From positions 758 to 64,757 of the forward strand of contig JAMDAY010000001.1 of the NCBI GenBank assembly GCA_023484515.1: a stretch of 64,000 nucleotides of DNA. Reading direction: 5' to 3'. Made by a program: the position numbers and the translations under genes. This stretch comes from Patescibacteria group bacterium. GTDB lineage: Bacteria > Patescibacteriota > Doudnabacteria > UBA920. The notes beneath the pieces are model-generated. The model saw only the letters and a list, made by a program, of their open reading frames with translations, was not told where the DNA came from and did not search any database. Positions 46,940 through 55,555 of this stretch are shown here, piece after piece (the stretch's first letter is position 1; the number at the start of each line of letters is the position of its first letter).

Positions 46940-47371
46940 TCACGGAGCTCCGGTTGCAGCCCCGCCAGCTCCCGCCCCGCCCAATAAATTGACAATGACA
47001 TTAATTATGACGTAAGACAGTATAATAATGATAATTCCTATAATGGCGTTCGTCACGGCCTTCTTGCCTTTTTCCGCAGCTTCTTCGTTGCCGCCGGACA
47101 TAATGTACATGAAGCCCCCGATAATCAAAAACAAAACGGCCAAACCAAAAGCAATGCCCAGCAGCCAACTGATTACTGTTAGGATAAAGGCGTTTATGCT
47201 ATTGCCTCCCCCCAGTTCGCACGGCAAGCCGGGAGGGCAGGGGAAGCGCAAAAATTGGGCACGGGCAAGCAGGGGAAGCAGGTAAGCCGCAGCAGGCAGC
47301 ATATAGGCTGATATTGTTTTTATGGAATTGCGCATGTTGTTGTAGACGGAAGGGACTGTTGTTATTTTCAT
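46940..47371 (-). CDS. Small membrane protein with a long signal peptide and two TM helices (VirB2/TrbC-pilin-like topology)
   Basis: …LLPLLARAQF… signal, then ILTVISWLLGIAFGLAVLFLIIGGFMYIMSGG and IIGIIIIILSYVIINVIVNLLGG. Gly-rich C-terminus. Confidence 0.45.
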   Translation of the reverse strand: MKITTVPSVYNNMRNSIKTISAYMLPAAAYLLPLLARAQFLRFPCPPGLPCELGGGNSINAFILTVISWLLGIAFGLAVLFLIIGGFMYIMSGGNEEAAEKGKKAVTNAIIGIIIIILSYVIINVIVNLLGGAGAGGAATGAP

Positions 47372-47398
47372 AAAATCGGAGCAGGTGCGGGGCCAGAA

Positions 47399-47425
47399 AA
47401 ATACCCTCCTTGCGGAGGGTATTAA
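47399..47425 (-). terminator. Rho-independent terminator for the small KGG gene (CCCTCC-ttgc-GGAGGG plus T-run on the minus strand)
   Basis: A perfect 6-bp GC-rich hairpin followed by TATTTTT in the minus orientation. Confidence 0.5.
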
Positions 47426-47431
47426 ATACTA

Positions 47432-47557
47432 TTAACTGCCTTTTGGCCTGCCGCCGCCGTGCGACGCTTTTCCGCCCATACGTGCCACGCGCCTGCGCGT
47501 TTCCGGATCTGCCGAAGCCAAGCCGCGCTTGCCTTTTTCGTTATAAACGTTCACCAT
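47432..47557 (-). CDS. Small KGG-repeat stress protein (41 aa; YciG/general-stress-like), absent from the ORF track (<60 aa)
   Basis: The minus-strand ORF translates to MVNVYNEKGKRGLASADPETRRRVARMGGKASHGGGRPKGS. It is preceded by a strong SD, GGAGGTG, 9 nt upstream, and followed by a terminator. Confidence 0.55.
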   Translation of the reverse strand: MVNVYNEKGKRGLASADPETRRRVARMGGKASHGGGRPKGS

Positions 47558-47838
47558 AAAATGCTTCACCTCCCCTGTGGATTAATTTATTTATGCCGCA
47601 TAGGTTGATCCAATTTGCAATTGTTGCCAGCCTTTGCGACAGCCAATCTCGCCTATTATAGGACGTCTTTGGCAAAATTATTTATTTCCTTTGCCAAAAA
47701 TAAAGGTTAAGAAATATAATCGTATTTTGGAAAGCGAAAATTGTCTGGCAAGATCTTAATTATGCTGGCTTTAAACGGCAACTGCCTTATCCGGCTTCGG
47801 CAAAAGGCGGTCTGGAATTTTTAAATTAACCTTTATTA

Positions 47839-47867
47839 TTGATGTTTTTGGATAAAAGTGGTATAAT
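47839..47867 (+). promoter_or_regulatory. Candidate promoter TTGATG-N17-TATAAT (extended -10 TGgTATAAT)
   Basis: Read from the sequence. It would produce a roughly 185-nt leader before the CBS/MgtE-N gene, containing the terminator-like hairpin at 47957-47995. Confidence 0.4.
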
Positions 47868-47956
47868 TATGTCACGGCAAATGTTTTGGATCCCGGCAAT
47901 TTTTTTGCAACAAGTAGGCGAGCGGGTATGGATTTAATCTACCTTTTGGATTTAAA

Positions 47957-47995
47957 AAAACCGAAATCAGCGTGAAATTTTTCGGTTATTTTTTT
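47957..47995 (+). terminator. Terminator-like hairpin plus U-tract in the leader (possible attenuator/riboswitch expression platform)
   Basis: AACCGAAAT…ATTTTTCGGTT followed by ATTTTTTT, about 60 nt upstream of ATG 48054. Confidence 0.45.
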
Positions 47996-48053
47996 ACTCC
48001 AATCCGGCAATTTGTAATGTAATTTGATACTTGTAATTTGGAACTTTTTAGTT

Positions 48054-49274
48054 ATGCCTTACATCAGCGAACTGCTAAATAACCAGATTAACGACAGTTC
48101 AGACGCAAGCGCAGGCAAGTTAGTGGATATTTTAATTAAACCCGAAAACGGGACATTCAGTCCCCTGGAGTTTTTAGTCATCAAAACGGCAAAAGGGGAA
48201 ATTAAATACGTGCCTTATGAAGCCGTGGCTAATTTTACGAGCAGCCGCATTTCTTTAAAGAACTTGTTTAATAGCGTGGCCAAGGACCAGCTGCCTCCCG
48301 AGCAGTTTATTTATTTAAAGCGCGACGTCTTAGACCAGCAGATAGTGGACGTGGCCGGAACCCGCATAGTCAGGGTGGACGACCTTAGGATTGGCAACTT
48401 TGAAAACCGCATGTGCGTATTGGCCATAGACTCCAGTTTTCCCGGACTGTTGCGGCGCCTGGGGTTGTCCGGCGACATTTGGGGAAAATTTTTCAAGGTA
48501 CAGCTTATTGACTGGCGCCAGGCCCAGCTATTGGGCGACAAGGGGGCTTTGCGGCTAAATACCGCAGCCGGACAATTGGGCAAGCTGCATCCGGCTGACC
48601 TGGCTAACATTGTGGAAGAGATGGATATAAAACACGGCAGCACCTTGTTGGCGTCTCTGGATGCCAAGAGGGCGGCCAAGGTGCTGGAAGAAGTGGACAC
48701 CAACTGGCAAAATATTTTGGTAAAGCATTTGGGGCCGGAAAAAGCCAGCAAGATTTTGGCGCATATGTCAGTGGACGAAGTCGTAGACCTGGTTAAGACT
48801 TTTTCTTCCCAGGAAGAAGCCAGGGCTTTCCTTTCCCAAGTTGGCGGCGGCCGCGCCCGGCACATTGAACGTTTAACCTCTTATCCCGACAACACTGCGG
48901 GAGGCTTGATGACTACGGAGTTCGTGGCCGTGCGGCCGGAATGGACGGTGGCACAGGTTAGGGAGGAAATTAAAAAGCTGTCGCCAAGCTTAAGGTCCAT
49001 AGGTTTCGTTTACGTAACGGCCGATGACGGTAAGTTTTTAGGGCTGGCTTCCATGCGCCGGCTCCTGGTAGCTGACGCCGCGGCTGACATGAAAAGTTTG
49101 GCTAAATCGTTCGGACCGAATTTGACGCTGCGCCCGCGGGACAAGATGAGGAAAATCATTAAGCTAATGACCAAGTATAATTTATACAGTTCAGTGGTTT
49201 TAGATGAACAAAAAAGGCTTTTAGGCGTGGTAACCATTGATGACGTCATGCGGCAGTTGTTCCCCAGCGCGTAA
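48054..49274 (+). CDS. Soluble regulatory protein: PRC-barrel-like N-terminus, MgtE-N domain and tandem CBS domains (no membrane domain)
   Basis: MgtE-N-like helical region (…ANIVEEMDIKHGSTLLASLD…). Two CBS domains (…LMTTEFVAVRPEWTVAQVREEI… and …YSSVVLDEQKRLLGVVTIDDVMRQL). An alternative start lies at 48024. Confidence 0.65.
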   Translation: MPYISELLNNQINDSSDASAGKLVDILIKPENGTFSPLEFLVIKTAKGEIKYVPYEAVANFTSSRISLKNLFNSVAKDQLPPEQFIYLKRDVLDQQIVDVAGTRIVRVDDLRIGNFENRMCVLAIDSSFPGLLRRLGLSGDIWGKFFKVQLIDWRQAQLLGDKGALRLNTAAGQLGKLHPADLANIVEEMDIKHGSTLLASLDAKRAAKVLEEVDTNWQNILVKHLGPEKASKILAHMSVDEVVDLVKTFSSQEEARAFLSQVGGGRARHIERLTSYPDNTAGGLMTTEFVAVRPEWTVAQVREEIKKLSPSLRSIGFVYVTADDGKFLGLASMRRLLVADAAADMKSLAKSFGPNLTLRPRDKMRKIIKLMTKYNLYSSVVLDEQKRLLGVVTIDDVMRQLFPSA

Positions 49275-49334
49275 TATTAATCGCAGTTATGCATATGGAG
49301 CGGATAAACTGGCAAGCAAATAAGCTAATTAGTT

Positions 49335-49421
49335 TGCTATTGATCTCCGCAAAATCAGTTGAACAAATTTGGGCTTACTGATAACAAAAATTATTCAAGA
49401 TAATATGCGGGCCTTAATAGT
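49335..49421 (+). repeat. 85-bp dispersed repeat, copy 2 (see 10070-10156)
   Basis: Direct sequence identity with 10070-10156. Confidence 0.8.
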
Positions 49422-49635
49422 CCTTGGCGTGCCTTAATGGTTTTTATCAGAGACAATCTTTCTTTAGTTTAGGCTGGTGATAATTTTAATTGGATAATTT
49501 AAAAATCATTTATTTCAGATGGGGACCATTCACCGTAATCAACCGCTTATCTATACCAATCATTCCCATAAATAACAAGATTCCCAACACCTATTTGTAT
49601 ATTTGTTAAGATTTGTATATTTGCGGCTACTACAC

Positions 49636-50889
49636 ATGACCAAGTTTTGGAAAAATTACAAAACCCGCTTCCTGATTTTTTTTGCCGTTGTCGGTCCTGG
49701 CCTAATTACCGCGGTAGCGGACAATGATGCCGGCGGGGTAGCCACGTATACGGTGGCGGCGTCGCTTTACGGCATGGCTTCCCAGTATTTTGTAATTATC
49801 ACTACGCTGTTGCTAGCCGTTACCCAGGAAATTGGAGCGCGCATTGCCATTGTCACCGGCAAAGGTTTGGGAGATTTAATCCGCGAACAATACGGCGCCA
49901 GGATGGCTGTGGCCATTTTTCTAATATATTTTGTAGTCAATCAGGGCGTGGTACTTCAGAACGTTTCCGGGCTTAAAGCGGCCATCCAATTGTTCGGCTT
50001 GCCATGGCAAGCCACTTTGGTACTGGCTTGCCTGATATTGGTGACTTTGGTGGTTGCGCTAAGCTACCGCAGCCTGCAGCGTATTTTTCTATTTACCATC
50101 CTGTTTTACGCCACCTACGTTTTTTCCGCGGTTTTGGCGCATCCGAACTGGGGCGATGCCTTGCGCGAAAGCTTGGTTTTTCCCCGACATGTCCAAATAA
50201 GCAATCCCGGTTACTGGTTTGCCTTAATAGCGGTATTAGGCACTACGGTCACTGCCTGGGGGCAATTTTTCGTCAACAGTTACGTGGCGGACAAAGGTTT
50301 GCGCCTACAGCAGCTTAAGGAAGAACGCGCCGAAGTCTATATGGGAGCATTCCTAACCAACTTTTTTTCCTGGATGATAGCCGTAGCCGTCACTTACACG
50401 CTGTTTGTCCACCATATCACGGTCACTAACGGCCTGACCGCGGCTATGGCCATAAGGCCTTTGGCCGGCGCTTTGTCATATACCCTGTTTGCTGTGGGGC
50501 TTTTGGCCGCCTCTTTCCTGGGCCTGACCATAGTGCCGCTGGCCACGGCATACGTGTTCACGGAATTTTTCGGCTACGAGCGCACCTTAAATGCCAATTT
50601 TACCAAAGGCCGCACTTTTTACGTATTTTTTATTTTACAGATTGCCTTTGGCTTAGTGGTTACGCTTTTTCCCAAAGTCAACCTGTTCGGGATAACGCTT
50701 TACGCCGATTACCTAAACGGGGCCATGCTCCCCGTAATTTTTTATTTCTTAATTAGATTTTCCGAAAATAAAGCTATTATGGGGGAGAAACACGTCTCCC
50801 GCGGCTTTTCCAAATATTTCCTCCGCGCTTCCGCCCTCGCCGTCACCCTGGCCGTAATTATTTCATTCGTGGGGAAAGTAGTCCGTTAA
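49636..50889 (+). CDS. mntH: NRAMP-family divalent metal transporter (MntH-like)
   Basis: GPGLITAVADNDAGG (the Nramp D-P-G-N region equivalent), 11 TM helices, 418 aa. Confidence 0.75.
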   Translation: MTKFWKNYKTRFLIFFAVVGPGLITAVADNDAGGVATYTVAASLYGMASQYFVIITTLLLAVTQEIGARIAIVTGKGLGDLIREQYGARMAVAIFLIYFVVNQGVVLQNVSGLKAAIQLFGLPWQATLVLACLILVTLVVALSYRSLQRIFLFTILFYATYVFSAVLAHPNWGDALRESLVFPRHVQISNPGYWFALIAVLGTTVTAWGQFFVNSYVADKGLRLQQLKEERAEVYMGAFLTNFFSWMIAVAVTYTLFVHHITVTNGLTAAMAIRPLAGALSYTLFAVGLLAASFLGLTIVPLATAYVFTEFFGYERTLNANFTKGRTFYVFFILQIAFGLVVTLFPKVNLFGITLYADYLNGAMLPVIFYFLIRFSENKAIMGEKHVSRGFSKYFLRASALAVTLAVIISFVGKVVR

Positions 50890-50898
50890 CAATATTTT

Positions 50899-51615
50899 AT
50901 GCTTAACGAGATAGAAAATATTTTAAAAAATATTCCTCCCGCTGACCGTGGATTGAACCGTGAGGTGGAAGGAAATTTCAGCCAGCTTTTCGATGGCCAT
51001 AAGGACAGTCTGGTTAGTTCGGCCATTTCAGCGGAAAAACGGGCATTGCATTGGGATGACGAAAACAGGAATCCGAAAATGCATGTAGGGTGCAGTATTT
51101 TAACTTTAGGCAAAAAAGCAGACTTGTCCAAACCCGATATTTACACGGGAGCGAATTCTAAACCGGAGCCCGGAGATATGGTTGCTTACCCCAACAGAAA
51201 ATGTGCGGAAATGAATGCCTTGGAAAATGCATTCGGGGAGGAATACGAAGGAAAAATAAAGCCCGAACCTTTTGAAGAAATGGAAAAAGAAGACGTGGGT
51301 GTTGTGGCTGCCATTGTTACGGTTTCTCCTTCAGAAAATACCGGCGAAACTGACACCATTAACCATAAAATAGTCTATTCATGCAAACAGTGCGTGTCCA
51401 GCTATAAAGTGTTAATGGAAAAAGGCATTTTGACTCCGAAAACCATAGTATATAATGCGCGAACAAAAGATGGAACAGTGGTGGCGGGAGAACCTGTGGA
51501 GTTGGGTATTTTGCTGGAAAAAAACAGCAAGGACGAAGAAGCAAAAAATGCAAAAACAATTGAAGATTTGTTTCAAACAATAAGTAAAATTAAAGCCTCT
51601 TTTTACAGGCAGTAG
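50899..51615 (+). CDS. Cytidine/deoxycytidylate-deaminase-fold protein (CAE … CxxC zinc motifs), function unknown
   Basis: KCAEMNAL (the C/H-A-E helix) and YSCKQCVSS (the PCxxC-like motif). The spacing is longer than in canonical CDA. Confidence 0.45.
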   Translation: MLNEIENILKNIPPADRGLNREVEGNFSQLFDGHKDSLVSSAISAEKRALHWDDENRNPKMHVGCSILTLGKKADLSKPDIYTGANSKPEPGDMVAYPNRKCAEMNALENAFGEEYEGKIKPEPFEEMEKEDVGVVAAIVTVSPSENTGETDTINHKIVYSCKQCVSSYKVLMEKGILTPKTIVYNARTKDGTVVAGEPVELGILLEKNSKDEEAKNAKTIEDLFQTISKIKASFYRQ

Positions 51616-51653
51616 CCAATATTTACAAGGATATAGGGGAACAGGTAAAAAAA

Positions 51654-51956
51654 GTGCAAAGTAGGCATGGTTCAAATGGTTCGAAAATAGAGAGTTTAAT
51701 ATCCGAAAAGTTAAAAGATTTGCAGAGGGAAAAGGTGGAAGGGGCTTGGGAGGGATTTGAACCCTACTTAAAAACTATTAGTAATGCTGTTAAGTCGGCG
51801 GTAGAAGAAGGGGTGTCCAAACGGAAAGTGATTGACAGTTTGGGACTAAACGACATTGGCTTAGAACAAGGAACAGTCGGGTTAAGTAAGGCGGAGTTGG
51901 ATTTGATTATTGAGGAATTAGGGAAATCTTGGATAAGAGAATCCGCTAAATCTTGA
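51654..51956 (+). CDS. Small acidic hypothetical protein (100 aa)
   Basis: ORF directly downstream of the deaminase-like gene. Its stop codon is embedded in the 40-bp palindrome. Confidence 0.45.
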   Translation: MQSRHGSNGSKIESLISEKLKDLQREKVEGAWEGFEPYLKTISNAVKSAVEEGVSKRKVIDSLGLNDIGLEQGTVGLSKAELDLIIEELGKSWIRESAKS

Positions 51957-51994
51957 ACCTTCTATAAACAATCATGATTGTTTATAGAAGGTTC
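51955..51994. repeat. Perfect 40-bp palindrome GAACCTTCTATAAACAATCA/TGATTGTTTATAGAAGGTTC
   Basis: The two 20-bp arms are exact reverse complements with no loop. It lies between convergent genes and has no U-tract. Confidence 0.85.
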
Positions 51995-52212
51995 AAGACC
52001 GGCAGTAAAAACAGTGCGGGATAACGTCGCCTCTAATTTAAATTCATGTGTTTTAGCTATCAGTTTTTAATCTTCGCCTCGCTTAAATTGAGAAGCGTCT
52101 GCTGTCGAAAACTTTTTTTAAATAGGTTATTGTAGCAATTTTATAACATATGTTATAAAATTGCTACAAATTTTTAATCTATAAATGTGAATTTTTTGGT
52201 AAGGATATTTAA

Positions 52213-52872
52213 TTATAATTTAAAAAATTTTTTAAGCTTTTTTTCGTCGTCTGTATCCAACCTGTTTATTTCCATTACAGTAACAAAGCGTCCGATATGA
52301 AAATGATTCGCCGTAAATTCTATTTGTTCTGCCGGGTTATAGGAGTATATCCATAAAGTTTTCTGGAGAGGATAAAATCCCATCTGCTTGATTTTCCGCC
52401 TAAAGTAATCTGCATAAAGGCGATACTCTTTGGTGGGAATGTCGGCAGCCACCAGCCACCATCTGCCGTTCCATTTTTTCTGCATAGGAATCTTTAACGA
52501 TTGAAAACTGATTTTTTCCAAATTTTTCCTTCCTTTTCCGGTTAATAAGATTTTAAGACTGGTTTGTTCCGGCTTAATGGTTATCTGCCCGGTTTTTTTC
52601 AGGTAGTAAAAAACTTGGGTTATTTTTTTCTGCTTTTCCTTATGATTCCAGCGCTGTTTGTTGTTTGTAAACTTTCCCAATTTGTCCAAAGCGGTAAGAA
52701 GATTGGGGGCCGCAACGGCAATCGTTGCCACGCTTAAAGTACCAATAATCGCCAGTGCGATTTGACCCGCCGACTTCAAATGTTCAATATCTTTATTGGT
52801 CAAGTTTATTTTAACCAGCCTATTGTCTGGGGTGGCGTTTTTGATGTCTTTGGCCAGTTTTTCGTATCGCAT
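52213..52872 (-). CDS. Hypothetical membrane-anchored protein with a PaaX/Cas2-like C-terminal domain
   Basis: TM helix ALAIIGTLSVATIAVAAP. C-terminal WNGRWWLVAADIPTKEYRLYADYFRRKIKQMGFYPLQKTLWIY resembles the PaaX C-terminal / VapD-like fold. Confidence 0.45.
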   Translation of the reverse strand: MRYEKLAKDIKNATPDNRLVKINLTNKDIEHLKSAGQIALAIIGTLSVATIAVAAPNLLTALDKLGKFTNNKQRWNHKEKQKKITQVFYYLKKTGQITIKPEQTSLKILLTGKGRKNLEKISFQSLKIPMQKKWNGRWWLVAADIPTKEYRLYADYFRRKIKQMGFYPLQKTLWIYSYNPAEQIEFTANHFHIGRFVTVMEINRLDTDDEKKLKKFFKL

Positions 52873-52962
52873 AATTCCATTTTATAGCAAAGTAAATTTG
52901 TGTCAAATTTGTAACAATTGTGTTAAAAATGACGTTTAATTTTGAAAATTGTATATATAGGC

Positions 52963-53802
52963 TTATTTCCACACCGCAATCGCCACTTTTTGGTTTTGGT
53001 CCACGGTTTGCTTGGACTGGTCCCAGTCGGCCGCAGCGCTTTTTATGGTATTAAAAGAATATAAATAACTTTGTCCACGTTTGGTGCCGGGGTCGTTAGT
53101 AATAAAATAACCGCCGTTAAAGCCTCTTATTACCAGCATGTGATGTATGGGTCCTGGTTGTTTGTAATAAGGGTTGCCAAGTTTTTGTCCGTTTTCGGAA
53201 ATTATTACCAGATGATTTTGTGCCAGTTCGTTTTTTAAATCCGTTTCCGAAAAATTATTAAGCAGTTTGGCCTTTAGGCCGTAAACCCGTTCTATCATTT
53301 TGGCGGTTTCCGTCGCCGTGGTATCCAAATAATGTCCATAATTATCCTTTTCCCATTTGGTCAAATCGGCAATTTGGCTTTCTACAAACTGCGGATCAAG
53401 CTGCGGTTTTTTATTGCCAGAGAAATACTCTTCCGCCATTATGGCGGAGGCTTCTTCACACGACTCGTTATGCAGTTCGTCCCAGTTTCCGGTCGGCGCC
53501 TGGACGGTAAAAGGCACTTGTAAATTTAAATAAACCGGAGCAGAAGTATTGCTATTGGCCTGGCTAGAGGTTTGATTGTCATTTTCCGCCGACTCAGACG
53601 GCAAAAGATTGTTGTCTCGCGGTTGGCGGGCAAAGCTTGGAATATCGGCAGTGTCATCCACGCGGTAGTGCCGGTATATCCAATACACTCCCGATTCCGC
53701 AATTAGCGCAAAAGCCAGTAAATAAATTGCCAGTCTTTTAAAGTTCATAAAATTGCCGGGAAGATCATATTCGGCCTGGCCAAAGGAGTCCTTTGAAAAC
53801 AT
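52963..53802 (-). CDS. Secreted peptidase C39-like (YvpB-like) domain protein
   Basis: TM/signal, then NESCEEASAIMAEEYF (Cys nucleophile region) and HHMLVIRGF (His) in the arrangement of Peptidase_C39_2. Confidence 0.5.
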   Translation of the reverse strand: MFSKDSFGQAEYDLPGNFMNFKRLAIYLLAFALIAESGVYWIYRHYRVDDTADIPSFARQPRDNNLLPSESAENDNQTSSQANSNTSAPVYLNLQVPFTVQAPTGNWDELHNESCEEASAIMAEEYFSGNKKPQLDPQFVESQIADLTKWEKDNYGHYLDTTATETAKMIERVYGLKAKLLNNFSETDLKNELAQNHLVIISENGQKLGNPYYKQPGPIHHMLVIRGFNGGYFITNDPGTKRGQSYLYSFNTIKSAAADWDQSKQTVDQNQKVAIAVWK

Positions 53803-53908
53803 GAGGGCCGCCCTCTGGGATAGCCGGGCTTAAGATTATTATGCAACAAACTATCATCGCCAATCTTAAGGTAGGTGATCCCAGAGGGCGGCCCTCATGT
53901 TTTCCTGT

Positions 53909-54592
53909 TTAAATAATATCTTCCCGTTTGATTAATATATAATGTCCGGAAGCAAGGTTCCCGGGCAATTTAAATTTATTGACGCGGAGCCGCTTTAAGT
54001 TCTTAATGCTTAAGCCGACTGCATCAAACATCCTCCTAATTTGGCGCTTTTTTCCCTCGCGGATGGTAATATGAATATTGCCGTTTTTTGTTTTGACAGT
54101 GGCGGGAGCGGTCAGTCCCGTGGCAATAACCACGCCCTCGCGCAATTTTTCCAGTTGCGTTTCGGCGGGAATTTCCCGAACCGCCACTTCGTATTCTTTT
54201 TCGTGTTCAAATTTGGGGTGCGCCAAGGTTTGGGTTAAATCGCCGTCGTTAGTCATCAATAACAGCCCTTCTGTTTCAAAATCCAGCCTGCCAATGTTCC
54301 AAACTTTGTTCCTTAATTCTTCGGGCAGCAGGCTGAAAACTGTTTTGCGGCCGCGCGGGTCTTTTTTGCTGACCACGTAACCCTTGGGTTTGTTTAAGGC
54401 AATGTAGATTTTTTGCGGGATCGGCTTTACCACTTTCCCGTAAACTTTAACCGTGTCTTTTTCCGGATCTACCTTGTCTCCCAGTTTGGCCTTTTTGCCA
54501 TTAATAAAAACCTGGCCCGATTTAATGAATTCTTCGGCTTTGCGCCTGCTGGCATAACCGGCAGAACTTAAGAATTTCTGGACGCGTTCCAT
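53909..54592 (-). CDS. Pseudouridine synthase, RsuA/RluB family (S4 domain plus catalytic domain)
   Basis: S4 RNA-binding N-terminus (…ASRRKAEEFIKSGQVFINGK…) and catalytic motif GRLDFETEGLLLMTNDG. Confidence 0.85.
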   Translation of the reverse strand: MERVQKFLSSAGYASRRKAEEFIKSGQVFINGKKAKLGDKVDPEKDTVKVYGKVVKPIPQKIYIALNKPKGYVVSKKDPRGRKTVFSLLPEELRNKVWNIGRLDFETEGLLLMTNDGDLTQTLAHPKFEHEKEYEVAVREIPAETQLEKLREGVVIATGLTAPATVKTKNGNIHITIREGKKRQIRRMFDAVGLSIKNLKRLRVNKFKLPGNLASGHYILIKREDII

Positions 54593-54611
54593 ATAGTTGA
54601 GATAGCTTGAA

Positions 54612-55340
54612 TTATTGTTTGATAACGGTTATATAAGTCCCGCTGACCCAGCCTGTTTGGCCGTTGGGCAAGGCAATCTGATACCAGTCGTATTTGGAGT
54701 CAGTATACGCATATTGCTCGCCGGGATGGGCCTGGGCAACAACTTTGCCTGAAGTTGCGGGTTCGCTCCGGACATTCAAATAACCGGTAGAAGTATTATT
54801 TATTTTCAACTGCGGCCCGGCTGGTACAGCCGGAGGAGTGGCGGTTGCCGTAGAGCCGGAAGGATTCAAAATTCCGGAAGGGGTTCCGGAAGCTGCCGGA
54901 TTTCCGTCACTGCTAATTGGAGTATTGTCCGGCGGATCAGCGGCAAGGCCGTTATCTGCGGGATTGTAATTATCACCAAACCCGCTTGCCCCTTCAAGGG
55001 CAGCGGTTGTCCCTTGTGCGTTTTCTTTTGGCCAATACTTCAAATACGCTTGGTAGCCGCCGTAACCCAGTCCCCCTAAAATAATAATCCAAATAAAAAA
55101 GTTCCTTATGGGATGGGGTTTCCGGCGCGCCCTTTTTGCCACGGAAGGCAGAATTAGGCGCGAGTCTTGCGGCTCCTCGTATCCGGAATTTTTATTGGAA
55201 GACTTTACCGTCAGGGTTTCCTTGGTACTCATAGGCGCGTTAATGCCTTCCACAGTCGGTTTTACCCGGCGTTGCGGCTTAGGGGGGGGCTGGATTTTTT
55301 CGGTGTCTTGATTGGTGTTGGGGTTGTTGTTTGGTTCCAT
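54612..55340 (-). CDS. Membrane-anchored secreted protein with a C-terminal bacterial SH3 (SH3b) domain
   Basis: TM helix FFIWIIILGGLGYGGY. C-terminal YLNVRSEPATSGKVVAQAHPGEQYAYTDSKYDWYQIALPNGQTGWVSGTYI. Confidence 0.65.
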   Translation of the reverse strand: MEPNNNPNTNQDTEKIQPPPKPQRRVKPTVEGINAPMSTKETLTVKSSNKNSGYEEPQDSRLILPSVAKRARRKPHPIRNFFIWIIILGGLGYGGYQAYLKYWPKENAQGTTAALEGASGFGDNYNPADNGLAADPPDNTPISSDGNPAASGTPSGILNPSGSTATATPPAVPAGPQLKINNTSTGYLNVRSEPATSGKVVAQAHPGEQYAYTDSKYDWYQIALPNGQTGWVSGTYITVIKQ

Positions 55341-55448
55341 AATCTGCGGAGTTAATAGTAATAATGACTTATTTTATTAATGGCAGTTGGCAATAATGAT
55401 TGATGTCTATACTGGCGGTAGTTTGTGAGTTATGAAGGCAGGTTTTGA

Positions 55449-55539
55449 GGGGCATCTTCTGGGATAAACAGACTTATAGATTATTAGTCCACTAACATCA
55501 TCTTACAATCTTTATATAGATAGTCCCACAGGATGCCCC
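55449..55539 (-). repeat. ~90-nt long-hairpin element, copy A (family members at 58905-58990 and 60167-60261)
   Basis: In minus orientation: GGGGCATCCTGTGGGActatc…ggactaataatctataagtctgtttaTCCCAGAAGATGCCCC. A 16-bp closing stem encloses about 58 nt. It is roughly 70-75% identical to copy B in inverted orientation. Confidence 0.7.
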
Positions 55540-55555
55540 TCTAATCCTTTAATCG

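Noticed and set aside
47855-48053. Mn (yybP-ykoY) or Mg (M-box) riboswitch upstream of the CBS/NRAMP genes
   Set aside because: I could not find the conserved GGGGAGUA/UUGACA (yybP) or M-box core sequences by eye. It is kept only as a generic candidate attenuator.
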